Shown here: positions 10,629 to 22,546 of the stretch, one piece after another
Layout: every line of letters begins with the position of its first letter
Position numbering within the stretch: the first letter of the stretch is position 1
IMG/VR virus record: IMGVR_UViG_3300043101_000273
Source of the DNA: an uncultured virus (IMG/VR IMGVR_UViG_3300043101_000273)
Taxonomy: Duplodnaviria > Heunggongvirae > Uroviricota > Caudoviricetes
DNA length: 64,000 nt
Reading direction: 5' to 3' (one strand)
The notes under the pieces: model-generated
Told to the model about the DNA's origin: nothing
What the model saw: only the letters and a program-made list of their open reading frames with translations
The model's database searches: none
Position numbers and translations under genes: made by a program

Positions 10629-11681
10629 TTAAAAACAAAAATCAGGAACGTTTACGTCAAAAAGTTTACAAATGCTTTCAAAAGATTTATTAGAAAAATC
10701 CATTCTACTTAAAAATGTATCAAATTTTTTAGAATAAAAAGCACTGGCATTATTTTTTATTCTTATAGGTAATTCATTAACGACTATATTATTTATTATT
10801 TTTAATAAATCAAAAGGCGTTAAATTAATGTTAGTTTGTTGTTTTTTTAGTTCTTTTATAAAGTCATCTTTTTTATTTGTTTTTGACCCGAATGAAAATT
10901 TAATAAATTTTTCAAAACGAACATTATTCTGGTTAATAGAAAACATTTGAGTTGTGGATAAACCAGATAAATCATTATATACAGTTGAAATAAAATTAAA
11001 AACTGATATAAAATATTCATTTAGTTCATTTATTGTTTTTTCTTCTTCCAGACCAATATGATTAAAAATCTTAGTCAAATAATTGTTATTTAAAGAATAA
11101 TAACAGTTATTTATTCCAATTACTGGAACTGCTTTAGTGGCAACATTGCTTGCATAGCTATTAACTAAAACAATAAGAAATTTAGTTTTATTAGGTAACA
11201 TATTGTAATGAGAATTACTAATATCAACAATCATATAAGTTGTTTCTCCATTGTTTTTAGAAAACATATTTATTATTTCCGCTTGATTAACAATATTCTG
11301 GATATAATAAAAAGATTCTGAAAAGGACTCATTATGTGATTTTATGTTGTACTTAGTAGTGCACATACCATAAACAATATTTTTATTATTTTCAATGACA
11401 TTTATTACAGCTGGGATTCCAGCTGGACAATCATTAGCCATGACAGTTGTAAAATTAGGAGTATCGACATTTAAATCAATGTCCAATAATTTACAAATAT
11501 CCTTTACGGCTTGTTGATAAGCAGAACATTGAATATCCTCAATAGTTGATATCGTTGGTTTAAAATTAAGGTTACAACAATCTAAAATGTCATCTATATT
11601 ATTTTTTAAATTTACAATAGACAGATTCTTTTCAAAAGTCACCTTATTGTCCATTGAAATATTAGTATTTAAAAATTTCAT
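10629..11681 (-). CDS. Hypothetical protein, possibly divergent DUF932-like
   Basis: G....KY....HNE.F, NGE..Y, FLIVLVNSY.S pattern. Confidence 0.5.
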   Translation of the reverse strand: MKFLNTNISMDNKVTFEKNLSIVNLKNNIDDILDCCNLNFKPTISTIEDIQCSAYQQAVKDICKLLDIDLNVDTPNFTTVMANDCPAGIPAVINVIENNKNIVYGMCTTKYNIKSHNESFSESFYYIQNIVNQAEIINMFSKNNGETTYMIVDISNSHYNMLPNKTKFLIVLVNSYASNVATKAVPVIGINNCYYSLNNNYLTKIFNHIGLEEEKTINELNEYFISVFNFISTVYNDLSGLSTTQMFSINQNNVRFEKFIKFSFGSKTNKKDDFIKELKKQQTNINLTPFDLLKIINNIVVNELPIRIKNNASAFYSKKFDTFLSRMDFSNKSFESICKLFDVNVPDFCF

Positions 11682-11910
11682 AGTAATATCTCCTTTTTTA
11701 AAAGTTAAGTGTGTTAAAATTAAGTGTATTTTTATTTTTTGTAATTACATTATACCATACTTTTTATGATTTGTCAAGGTTTTTATCAAAAAACAAATAA
11801 TCATATATTTAAATATTTTTAATAATAAGTCTTGACAAAGATTAAAAAATAGGATATAATAAAGATAATAAGATAAACGGATATGAATTAAAAAAAGGTG
11901 GTGAAAAGAT

Positions 11911-12150
11911 ATGATTACAGAGAAAAAAATGCGTAAATATATACCGTCTGATTGTCAACATAAAATAAAACAAATAATTATACGAGAAAATTTAGATTAT
12001 GATGAAAAATTAAGAAAATATGTAAATATGTATATTGTAATTTTAAATGATAATTATATGACAATTAACGGCAATACAAAATTTGCAACAGAGTCAATAG
12101 GAAAATTGGCGTATACAATGAGAAATTCAATAGTAGAAAAAATAATATAA
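11911..12150 (+). CDS. Hypothetical protein
   Basis: Promoter 11832, RBS AAGGTGG, terminator. Confidence 0.75.
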   Translation: MITEKKMRKYIPSDCQHKIKQIIIRENLDYDEKLRKYVNMYIVILNDNYMTINGNTKFATESIGKLAYTMRNSIVEKII

Positions 12151-12188
12151 AAAGAGGTGTTTTTAAGCACCTCTTTGTTTTTTATATA

Positions 12189-12413
12189 TTATTTTTCTTC
12201 GATAGTTACATCAGCAAATAAACCGTCTGATTTATAATCAATATATGTATCATTAGATACATTTTCAACATAATCTTTAATATTCTTTTTGTTCCATTCA
12301 TCTGCAAGAGCGGTGGCTACGTTACAATCTGTTGTAGAATAAACTAATCTAACTGTATTGCCTGTCTTGCGTTCTCTCATTACTACATTATAAAAATATT
12401 CAACTTTATCCAT
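12189..12413 (-). CDS. Hypothetical protein
   Basis: Start MDKVE after AAGGTGG. Confidence 0.7.
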   Translation of the reverse strand: MDKVEYFYNVVMRERKTGNTVRLVYSTTDCNVATALADEWNKKNIKDYVENVSNDTYIDYKSDGLFADVTIEEK

Positions 12414-13214
12414 ATAGCGAACCACCTTCCTTATTTTTTCTTTACTATTAAAGATATAAGAAAAAGAAAACAAAATTATAAAGTGATAAAAAAGTTAAAA
12501 TATTCTTAATCTTTATATATAAAGAATAGGAATGACAAAAAACGGCAATAATAAAAAACAAAAGAAAAAATAAATTGGTAGCTATTGTGTGATTAAATAG
12601 CTACCATTATTTTTTGTTAGAACATAAATCTGTTTTAAATATAAATCTGCATAAAAAAAGTACATAAAATTTTTAATAAAACATAATATTATAAAATACT
12701 GGAGCGGAAAACAATTAAATAATTGTTTAATTGTTAGATTGTATATGATGAAATATGTTGGTAATCATATTTTGCAACAGTATTATTCTAAAACAAAAAT
12801 ATTAGTTAGTAAAAATCAGCTGTATAATAAAATATACATTATGTAAAATATTAAAGAGTTTTTATATAATGGAGAAAATTGTTATACAATAGTCATATTT
12901 ATATAAAGCTCCGATGATAATTCTAAAAAAGATAGTATTTATAAATTATTATATAAAGAGTATTAAAAATTAATTCTAAACATTAATTCTAAACATCAGT
13001 TCTTAACAACCATTAAATCGTAAACGAAGGTATAATCAATATTGTAATTTTTCTCTTATAAACATAATATAATAAAATCTTCTAAACACAAAACTTTTTT
13101 AAAAAATCCTTGACAAATTATAAAAAGTGTGATATAATATAATTAAGTTAAAGGTAGATAATACATTTTAACAAACACACATATTTTTTATAGAATTGAA
13201 AGGAGTTTTGACTT

Positions 13215-13814
13215 ATGGGACAGCGTTCACAGATATATTTAAGATTAACAGGAAACAATGAGGCAATATTATTAGCTAACTACTATCAGTGGAACTATGG
13301 TGATGCAATGGTTAGTCGTGCAAGAAGTGGTATTGAATATATAAAGTCTTATATAGACAATGACAACACAAATATCCTTTGTTACAACAAGACCTCACAG
13401 GAAAAGTTGAGAAGATATTTTGATGTTGACTTTGATACAAGAAAAGTTACCACTTCTATGGATATTATCAAGGACTATAACGATAGTCATACTCAATATA
13501 ATCTTGGTAAGTTTAATGATTATGTGTTTGAAGGACAGGATAACAACGATGGAAAGTTGTTTATCGATATCAATTACAATACAAAAACCATTAAATACTG
13601 CTTTACAAATTGGAGACCTAATCGTCCATTGAGGGCAAGGGAATATTTGAAATGGGATATGCAAGATGTTGAAAATTATGCAATCGATGAGGTGACAGAA
13701 GAAAATATACAGTTCATAAATAAGAATGCGAAACTTATGACTAAGGAAGAATTACAAGAGTTCATAACCACTGATTACAGTATGCAATATGAAGAAGAAT
13801 TACCAATGTTTTAA
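13215..13814 (+). CDS. Hypothetical protein, family A (MGQRSQIY...QDNNDGKLFID); paralog of 45301-45903
   Basis: Cassette architecture; strong paralogy. Confidence 0.85.
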   Translation: MGQRSQIYLRLTGNNEAILLANYYQWNYGDAMVSRARSGIEYIKSYIDNDNTNILCYNKTSQEKLRRYFDVDFDTRKVTTSMDIIKDYNDSHTQYNLGKFNDYVFEGQDNNDGKLFIDINYNTKTIKYCFTNWRPNRPLRAREYLKWDMQDVENYAIDEVTEENIQFINKNAKLMTKEELQEFITTDYSMQYEEELPMF

Positions 13815-14055
13815 GTAAATAGGGTGAGGGTAAAACCTCACCTTTTTTAAATAAAAAACTCGAGCGGAAAACAATTAAATGATTGTTTAATTATTAAATT
13901 GTATAATTGTTAAAGATATTTTGAAAAGATGTTTGAAAAGATTTTAAAAAACGCTTGACAAAACATAAAAAATATAGTATAATATAAACAAATTAAGAAG
14001 TAAAATTCTTAAAATTCACACACTAATAAACATTTTTTAAAGGAGGAAAAAATCA

Positions 14056-14448
14056 ATGGAACATTATAAATTAAATATTGGAAATATTAAGGTATATACA
14101 GAAATAAAGCAATTAACATTTGATGATAATGTTATGCTGCGTGTTTATCTTGTAAAAGATGATTACCCTATTGCTTGGGGAGTGTTTGAAAAAAACACTT
14201 GTCATTTTGAAGCTATTCGCCAAACTTTTATTAATTTAAACATTTTACATAAAGATTATATAAACAAGCACTGGTTAAAGTGTGATGAATTAAAAAAACA
14301 TTCAGATAACACATTTGAGGTGCAACATTATGACGGATGGTCTGATTTATATTGTCGTATTGATAATACAAATTATTTTAAACATTTCTTTAAGTATAAA
14401 GATAACTTTGTAATAGATAAAGTTGGTAATTGTGTTTTCACAGATTAA
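14056..14448 (+). CDS. Hypothetical protein
   Basis: Promoter 13955, RBS AAGGAGG. Confidence 0.8.
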   Translation: MEHYKLNIGNIKVYTEIKQLTFDDNVMLRVYLVKDDYPIAWGVFEKNTCHFEAIRQTFINLNILHKDYINKHWLKCDELKKHSDNTFEVQHYDGWSDLYCRIDNTNYFKHFFKYKDNFVIDKVGNCVFTD

Positions 14449-14500
14449 ACAATTATAATTTTTAGTAATCACATATAAAAATGTAAGGGGGATTTTAATT

Positions 14501-14898
14501 ATGAGAACAATGAATAGATTTTTTAAGGTAAATGAAGTTGGTTTTTCTGTTACAGATGCGACTTTTTTCAACCCTGTAACAGGGGAGTCTTTTAGCAAAA
14601 TCGTGTGGGATATTGACAACCACAGGTGGAGCAAGAGAATGCGGAACTCTATAAAATGCCGTTGAATGACGAAGTTCGTCATTTGTGGTTAACCCACAAT
14701 GGTATCATTTGTAATGGTGATACTGTTGAGGTGTTCAAGGGACGAAAAGTTCCTGTTGGCACTGTCGCTGTTGTCACTGACATAAGACCGTTTTGTGATA
14801 GATACGGTCGTGTACAGTGCAGGTATGCGTACCTCAATAATGGTATGCGTACTAATATCGACAATTGTCGATTGGTCGCTGTTGAACAGGTAGGGTAA
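14501..14898 (+). pseudogene. Frameshifted hypothetical gene (MRTMNRFF...DN | QVEQENAELY...)
   Basis: RBS + ATG at 14501; frame shifts near 14620 into the ORF 14626-14898, which lacks its own RBS. Confidence 0.65.
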
Positions 14899-14960
14899 AA
14901 AACCTACTTGTTCTTGAATAATATTAAAAAAAATACACATAATTTTAAGGAGGTTATATA

Positions 14961-15152
14961 ATGAAATTTTATAATAGTTTATTTGGAGTCTATGTTGATA
15001 CAGACGATTACAAAAAGAATAATGACGATGAGAAAAAAGAAATTACAAAAGAAAATACAAGGAAAAATCCATCACCTTATGAAAGAACAAAAAATGAAGT
15101 ATATGCTACTGGAAATAAGTGGGCAATAGAAAATTTTAACGCAACCCATTAA
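14961..15152 (+). CDS. Small phage hypothetical protein (…VYATGNKWAIENFNATH)
   Basis: RBS AAGGAGG, terminator. Confidence 0.8.
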   Translation: MKFYNSLFGVYVDTDDYKKNNDDEKKEITKENTRKNPSPYERTKNEVYATGNKWAIENFNATH

Positions 15153-15685
15153 AGAAGAATAAAAGGATAAGAAGTAAAAATTCTTATCCTTTTTTATTGC
15201 AACAAACAAATATTATTTATACAAAAGTTTTTTAATTGCCGTTTATTTATTCTTATTTTTGATTATAAGCAGCATAAACTTTTACATTTATATTTTTATC
15301 CGTTTTATACAATAACCTCTTATAAATTAAAAAAACGAGCATATAACCCTGTTATTAAAACCCTTTTATTAGAAAAATTGTTATTAGAAAAATCCTCATA
15401 TTCTTAAATATTGTATTTTAAAACATTATATCTTAAAATTTTGTACTGGTCTGGTGCGGAGTAAAAATATTTATATTGTTTTTAATAAACATCCAATTTT
15501 TAATAATCATCCGAAAACATTTTATGTATTTTTAAAAAGTACAATAATTAAAAAATAAATTTTGAAAAACAATAAAAAAAGTTGTTGACAAATTATAAAA
15601 AGTGTGATATAATATAATTAAGTTAAAGGTAGGTAATACATTTTAACAAGCACACATATCTAAAAACTTTAAGGAGGATGAAATT

Positions 15686-15868
15686 ATGAAAAGAACCTAT
15701 TATGCAGTTCAAGGAGTATGGGGAACAAACAGAAAATTATTATTGAGATTTAAGAGCATAAAGGAAAGAAATGAATATGTAAATAGTCACGACTTTATAA
15801 ATTCCATTACCACAGCAGAACTCAAATTTCACAATTATGACTACTGGTATGGTGTAGTCGATAAGTAA
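15686..15868 (+). CDS. Small hypothetical protein
   Basis: Promoter 15585, RBS. Confidence 0.75.
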   Translation: MKRTYYAVQGVWGTNRKLLLRFKSIKERNEYVNSHDFINSITTAELKFHNYDYWYGVVDK

Positions 15869-16691
15869 CTAAAAAATCATAAAATAAAAAATATATAATA
15901 TGATATTTGTTAGACGTAATACAATAACTACAAGAGAAAAAATCAAAACGGCAATTGTTGAAATAATCAGCGGTTGTCGTTATTTTATTGTAAAAAATGA
16001 TTTATCAACTATAATGATATATTGCACAGGGATAGAATAACATTCTTATTGCACTGGTGTTCAATAATACTTCTATAAAAACCTCACTGGTACTAATATA
16101 TATATTTATATAAAAACACTGTTATACGAGGTTTTGAAATCAATTTTTAAACAGGTGTATTGTTTTTTAATGTTATTCCTTAGCATTATTTCTTTATATC
16201 GTTTTTTAGTATTAGTCTTTAATATTATTTTTTAATATTATTTATCATTCAGATAATTAGTATATATGCAAAAATAATCCTATATACTTCTTATGTTAAA
16301 AAATATAGTTGCCGATGGTGTTTTCAGATTTATTAATAATATAAACTAAATTATTTTACTGTAAGTCTGTAATATTTATATTCTAATAAATTCATCAGTA
16401 GTAGTTTATCCAAACATTTCTTATTATATATTAAAATTATTTGCGTGTATTTTTAATCTTTTATAGTATGTTATATAAACATTCACTTAAAGATAACATC
16501 AGCGGATATAGCCAAATTAAGCTATTTTCACAACGCATTATAAATCATTTTTTATTGAATAAAAAAATTTGACAATTACAAAAAACTCTTGACAAACAAT
16601 AAAAAACGTAGTATAATATAAGTAAATCAAAGGTAGATAATACACTTTAACAAAAACATACTTTTTATAAAAACGAAGGGAGATATGATTT

Positions 16692-17174
16692 ATGTTAAAT
16701 ACAACACAAAAAGTTGAGAATAAAGACGCTTTAAAATTTATATTAGGTGGAAAGTCAGAGTTTACAATGCACTCACTTAAAACAGGAAAGGATTTAGCCT
16801 ATAAAATAGTTAAGAAGGAAACTAATGATAAAGAAGATAAATTTATATATTTTATGAGCTATAATATAAAATATGAAGATTATATGTATGGCGGTGTAAT
16901 ATTCTATAATGAATTTAAAAAGCAATTTGAGTTCAAACAAGGTAGAAAAGGCAATGCAAGTGCCGACTCACAGGTTGTAAAATCAATATTATTTGTACTT
17001 AATAAATTGAACAATGATAGATTTAATATTCCTGTTGAAGTTTATCATCATTGTAAATGTGGTCGCTGCGGTAGAGCATTAACAACACCTAGTTCAGTTT
17101 TAACAGGATTAGGGGAATGGTGTGCTAGCAGAGTAGGAGTTCCATATATGAAAATAAGTGCTAAAATAAGTTAA
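16692..17174 (+). CDS. Hypothetical protein with C-terminal DUF6011-like Zn finger
   Basis: CGRCGRALT.P.S..TGLG..CA. Confidence 0.8.
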   Translation: MLNTTQKVENKDALKFILGGKSEFTMHSLKTGKDLAYKIVKKETNDKEDKFIYFMSYNIKYEDYMYGGVIFYNEFKKQFEFKQGRKGNASADSQVVKSILFVLNKLNNDRFNIPVEVYHHCKCGRCGRALTTPSSVLTGLGEWCASRVGVPYMKISAKIS

Positions 17175-17346
17175 TTTATAGAAGGGTAGTTTATCTACCC
17201 TTTTTTGTTTTTCTAATTAAAATAATTTTATAAAATTAAAAAAGTTCTTGACAAAACATAAAAAATGTGATATAATATAATTAAGTTAAGAGGTAGGGTA
17301 CTCTTAAAAAACACACTAACAAAGAATTTCAAGGAGGATTTTAATT

Positions 17347-17760
17347 ATGACAAATACTGAAAAGAGAACACAGGATAGAGAAAGACTTGATAGAATAGCA
17401 TACAGAATTAATGCTATCGAAAAGACAATCAAAGAAAACGAGGAATATGTAATTGTAGTTCCTTCTCCACAGATTGCAGCTATCAATAGAGAACAAGCAA
17501 AAATTTCAAATATCAGAAAAGATATAGCCGAAAATGAAGTTTTCAGCACAGCTCTTGCAAAAATTGGTAGTCATATAATTGCCAATCAGTTACAAGACGA
17601 GATTGTAGCGTTGAAAAAGGAAATTACAAGACGTGAAGAAATTCTTGAAAGTCTTGGTTGTCTTGTAACAGAAAAAATCGACTATGACTATGAGCTTGAA
17701 AGTTCTTATTATAGTTACGATTATTACAGAAAGTTATATGAAATTGATTATGAATTGTAA
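17347..17760 (+). CDS. Coiled-coil hypothetical protein
   Basis: Promoter 17248, RBS. Confidence 0.8.
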   Translation: MTNTEKRTQDRERLDRIAYRINAIEKTIKENEEYVIVVPSPQIAAINREQAKISNIRKDIAENEVFSTALAKIGSHIIANQLQDEIVALKKEITRREEILESLGCLVTEKIDYDYELESSYYSYDYYRKLYEIDYEL

Positions 17761-18251
17761 TCAGCGGATAAAAAAGGTAGGTGATAAATAGAAAAGATTT
17801 ATTAAAAAAAGGGTGGAAATATTCACCCTTTTTTTTGATGAAATTTTATAAAGCTTTTTTAATAAACATTTTAATAATCAGCGAATAAATATTTTATCCA
17901 ACTATTTAATATACTGTTAGAAAGTCTTATAATCAATTTTAAGAGGGTATATTTGTTAAATGCAGAATTATTTAAGCAAATTAAAATAACGCCATTATAA
18001 ACGAATATAAACTTTTATATAGTATGATTTTTGCAATCAATTGTTTATATTCAATTATTTTTCAGAAAAGACAAAAGATAATTAAATAATTTATTTATTA
18101 TTGATTTTTAGATATATTTTTATTATTGTCAGTAGATTGTATATGAATATATAATTTTTCAATTAAAAAAACATTGATTTAAAAACATCCGCATTGATAA
18201 ATGTTAAAGATTTTTATATATTATAGTAAAAAATAGAAAGGAAAAAAATAA

Positions 18252-18626
18252 ATGAGCTATTATTCAGACGTTAAAATTTGCTGCGAGAAAAAAGTATATG
18301 AAGAATTAAAAGAAATTATAGATAAGTATGATTATAATAAACCTAATAAAATTCAATTTGTTGACGGCGAATATCCATACTATATTATAAACTGGAACAA
18401 TGTACAGTGGTATTTTAATGATGCAGTTGAAGAATTACAAAACAAAATAATAGATTTTTGTTTTAATAATGAAGAAGGTTATGGAATTAAACAAATGATT
18501 ATAGGTGAAAATATTGATGATAATATTGAAAGTTATAATGATAGCGGTTTAGAACTTTTTTCAGATTATTATATCCACAGAGGTTTTACAGTGCCGATTG
18601 GAAATACAACAGATATTGAAATATAA
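18252..18626 (+). CDS. Hypothetical protein, family B
   Basis: Paralog of 21341 and N-terminus of 43605 (VKI.CE...W.N..W...GYG.K...TDIEI). Confidence 0.8.
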   Translation: MSYYSDVKICCEKKVYEELKEIIDKYDYNKPNKIQFVDGEYPYYIINWNNVQWYFNDAVEELQNKIIDFCFNNEEGYGIKQMIIGENIDDNIESYNDSGLELFSDYYIHRGFTVPIGNTTDIEI

Positions 18627-19009
18627 CAAAGGGTGATTATTCACCCTTTGTTATTTGTTGAAAATAATATTAAAAGCAATATTAAAAAATATATTGTTAA
18701 GAATATATCGTTATATCCTTCTTTATAAAAACACTCACAATCAATTCTAAACGAATATTTAGTTTTATTCTGTATTTATAAACAGAAAATAAAACAAGCC
18801 TGTATATTTGAAATAATAGCCATTATAAATGGTTTTGTTATTATCAAAAACCAATTTATAAAACAGTTATTTTTATGTTACAAGAATGTTACGATTTGTA
18901 TTTTTTTGAAAAAAATTGTTGACAAAATATAAAAAGCATAGTATAATATAAACATAAGAAACAAATACATACAACACTTAAAGTTTTAAACTAAGGGAGG
19001 ATATAAAAA

Positions 19010-19354
19010 ATGATTACAACAAAAAAAATGGCAAGAAATATTGATACATTAACTCGTTCAGAAATGAAAAAAGAGATTGAAAAATTAAGAGCTGAAAACA
19101 AACAGCTCCGTATGGAATTAAAGAAAAGTAAAAAGACAACAAAGGCAGCAAGAAAAGAAAATTATACTTTTTATAATATATTTTTTTACACAGGTTTTGT
19201 TTATATGGTTGCAATATTTGTTTATGGATTTATAAAAGGATGGAATTATAATTATGATTGTTGGTTCTTTAATCACGCAAATGTTTTTATGATAATCGCA
19301 GCAATAATATGGTGTGTTCCAGTGATTGTTAGAGTATTATCAAAAGATAAGTAA
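19010..19354 (+). CDS. Membrane protein (N-terminal coiled coil, 2 TM)
   Basis: Promoter 18919, RBS, hydrophobic C-terminal half. Confidence 0.8.
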   Translation: MITTKKMARNIDTLTRSEMKKEIEKLRAENKQLRMELKKSKKTTKAARKENYTFYNIFFYTGFVYMVAIFVYGFIKGWNYNYDCWFFNHANVFMIIAAIIWCVPVIVRVLSKDK

Positions 19355-19612
19355 TAATTAAAAGAGTAGATTGAAAAATATCTACTCTTTTTTTATTCGG
19401 TATATTATAAAAATATTCTACTAGAGAAACCATTCTATTAAAAAAACTTATAAAACAAATCTTGATTAATAAACAACATTCATCTCGTGAATGTAACTTT
19501 TTTATTTCAATTTTCTAAAAACCCTTTATTTACGTTAAATTAAAATTTCAAAACAAGTTTTAGTGTCATTAAATAATATAAAGTTATTATATAATATTTT
19601 ATAATCATTAAG

Positions 19613-19640
19613 ATTACATATCACATATTTCTAAATAAAC
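19613..19640 (-). repeat. Solitary CRISPR-repeat-like unit GTTTATTTAGAAATATGTGATATGTAAT
   Basis: GTTT...TATGTGA.ATGTAA(A)T resembles clostridial repeats; 11-nt core complementary to CATATCACATA in the 26.7-kb RNA. Confidence 0.35.
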
Positions 19641-19841
19641 TTTATACGATTATTTTTTTATACTGAATGTTTTTTATAATATAAAAATCTTATACATAAA
19701 AACTAATCTTCTTTATGAATTATTATTTGTATATTGCTTAAAAAATATTTCAAAAAATACTTGACAAAACATAAAATATTTGATATAATATAAGCATAGA
19801 AAGAATTACACACTCACAGTATATGAAAGGAGCTTTTTAAT

Positions 19842-20360
19842 ATGGCAGACACTAACAATGTATTATTAAAAGAATTTACACAGGCATTTAATAAGAAAAG
19901 AACTGAAATTCTTGAATTGCAGACCGAATATAAATTAAAAGAAATTCAAAATGAAATTATACAAAGGCAATTCAAAGAAATAAGAGATAATATTTTGAAT
20001 GATAATACCTTTTATGCCGATTCTAGCCTTACAAGATTGAATATTAAAAAAGGTGATAGAATCACTGATAGCGAATTTGATTGGTTATTAAGTCAAGAAA
20101 ATCTTGATAAATATCAAGCTTTGTGCAGACCTAAATTTTATGAAGCAGGATTGACAGATAAAGACGGTTATTATACAAAAGATTCCAACACAGAGAATGA
20201 ACTTGCACAATTAAAAGATAAGCTCATTAAGTTATCAGTCAATATTTTACCTAACGATTTTCCTAATAGAGAAGTATTAATTGATGCAGTTAATTTTAAA
20301 AGTTATAATAGTTACAATACAAGAGAAAAGTTATTTGAGCTTATTATGAAAGTAAAATAA
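19842..20360 (+). CDS. Hypothetical protein
   Basis: Cassette architecture. Confidence 0.8.
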   Translation: MADTNNVLLKEFTQAFNKKRTEILELQTEYKLKEIQNEIIQRQFKEIRDNILNDNTFYADSSLTRLNIKKGDRITDSEFDWLLSQENLDKYQALCRPKFYEAGLTDKDGYYTKDSNTENELAQLKDKLIKLSVNILPNDFPNREVLIDAVNFKSYNSYNTREKLFELIMKVK

Positions 20361-21340
20361 AAAATTAAGGATAGGTTTTTATACCTATCCTTTTTTGTTG
20401 AGTGTCTTTTGAAAAATGATTTAATAGTTAATTAAAGAATGTTATTTAATAATATATTCTTTAAATATACTTTTAAAACATACTCTTAAAATATGCTCTT
20501 AAAATGCGTTAAAATCAATTCTAAGGCTATTTATTATTTAATTATATTATTTATCCATCAAACATTCAATAATTAAAAATAACGCTACTGAAAGCAAAAT
20601 AAGAGCTGTTATTGACTTATTCTTATTGTTTAATTTATATAAGTTTTTATACATCGGAATTATATAGAAATGATATTGATAAACAATAAAAACTAAGATA
20701 TAATATGATTGTTTTGAAAGATAAAAACATATTGAATTTATTAAACGCAACAGAAAAGTAAACAATGTGGAGGATATATATTTGAATATATAGTAAAATT
20801 CTATTATAAAAGAAAAACTGTATAAAAGCTTTAAAGAAATATAAAAATCCAATCTATCAACAAGGAATTTTCATATTGTATTATTTCTTAGAATAATGTA
20901 AAAAAATATGGTTTCCTTTTTTATTCTATCAATTGGAATGAAGATATACAAAGAATAATATAAGATTTAAAAAAATGGTTATGATTATAAATTACAATAT
21001 GTAAATATAATAAATATTTTTTATAAACTTAAAAATTATATAGACTACAACAATAGGATTTTTAAAAACATTCCCTTATTATAAAATTTTGTTGAACCGC
21101 ATTAGAATGAAATAATAATTGAATAAAAATAATGGGGAAAATTAAATTTCTCTCTTTGTTTTTTAAACATAAACATAAGGATAGAAATTATTATTAAAAC
21201 ATCATTATAAAAAATAATTAATTATAAAAAGTCCTTGACAAACAACAAAAAATTTAGTATAATATAAATAAATCAAGAGTCGAAAACTCTACCACACATA
21301 CACACTATTTTTTAATCTAAGAAGAAAAGAGGATGAGATT

Positions 21341-21730
21341 ATGATTAAGTCAGTGGTAAAGATTTATTGTGAAGAAAAAGCATACAATAATTTTAAAAAA
21401 ATTATAGATAGATACAAGGATAATCAACCCAACAGAATACAAGTAGTCAATGAAGGGGATAAACATTATATTATTACTTGGAATAATATTGATTGGGATT
21501 ACAGGCTCAAACGTACAAGTTGGGGAAAAGACATACAAGAACTTATGTATTTTTTGGGAAGTAAAACAACAAAAGGATATGGATATAAAATGATATCAGC
21601 AAACGAAAACATAGAACATCTTGATAACTGGACGAATTATAACCACAGAGGTTTTAAAGTTTTCGAAAAATATCATCTTGTTATAAAGTTTATCGAACCA
21701 CAAGAAGAAATAACAGATATTGAAATATAA
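21341..21730 (+). CDS. Hypothetical protein, family B
   Basis: Paralog of 18252. Confidence 0.8.
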   Translation: MIKSVVKIYCEEKAYNNFKKIIDRYKDNQPNRIQVVNEGDKHYIITWNNIDWDYRLKRTSWGKDIQELMYFLGSKTTKGYGYKMISANENIEHLDNWTNYNHRGFKVFEKYHLVIKFIEPQEEITDIEI

Positions 21731-22033
21731 AAAATAGAGGATGATTTATTCATCCTCTTTTTTATTGCTGCTTTTTATAAAAGATATTTTTTAAAAAATT
21801 GCTAATAATAAATTCATATTTTACGGGCAGATTTTTTTGATTATAAAAATATTGTTTTATGAATGTTTTTTAAAACATATAACAAAATGGATATAAAAAT
21901 TATAACAATAAAAAATCAAAAAATATATTGACAAATTATAAAAAATGTAGTATAATAATAACAAGTTAAGAAATACAAATATTTTAACTAACACATATAT
22001 ATCTTTTTAAATTTTTAAAGGAGGATTTTTACT

Positions 22034-22546
22034 ATGTCATTTACTATGAGTTTAACAGAATTTATCAACAACGAAGAAGTAGCAATAAACTTTATTGAAG
22101 AATCACTTAGAGAATTTGAATCATTTGATGATAATGCTTATTGGTTTCATTTCAACTTTGATGAGGATGAAGATGAAATTGAATCAACTGGTTCACATAC
22201 TAATGCGGAATATACAATTTTTTGTGATTGCGATGGTCCATATATCGAATACATAACAGAAGTTGGAAAGAAGTACGGATATGAACTTATGACAAAAAAT
22301 GATATATTAAAACACGATTATTATAAAACATATTACGAGGATTACGAAGATTTTGACGAAGAAGAAATTGAAGAATATGATTTTGATGATTACGATGAAG
22401 AAGATAAGGCAGTATGGTGGAGAGTAAATTCTAATATTATAGATAGATTTTGGGATAAAGTTGTAGACGATTTTGAGCATAGCGATGAGTTTTATAGTGT
22501 TGCAAGTGTTCTTTATAATCTTGCACTTGAAAAAATACTCGATTAA
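22034..22546 (+). CDS. Highly acidic protein (possible DNA mimic)
   Basis: D/E tracts FDEDEDEIE, YEDYEDFDEEEIEEYDFDDYDEED. Confidence 0.8.
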   Translation: MSFTMSLTEFINNEEVAINFIEESLREFESFDDNAYWFHFNFDEDEDEIESTGSHTNAEYTIFCDCDGPYIEYITEVGKKYGYELMTKNDILKHDYYKTYYEDYEDFDEEEIEEYDFDDYDEEDKAVWWRVNSNIIDRFWDKVVDDFEHSDEFYSVASVLYNLALEKILD

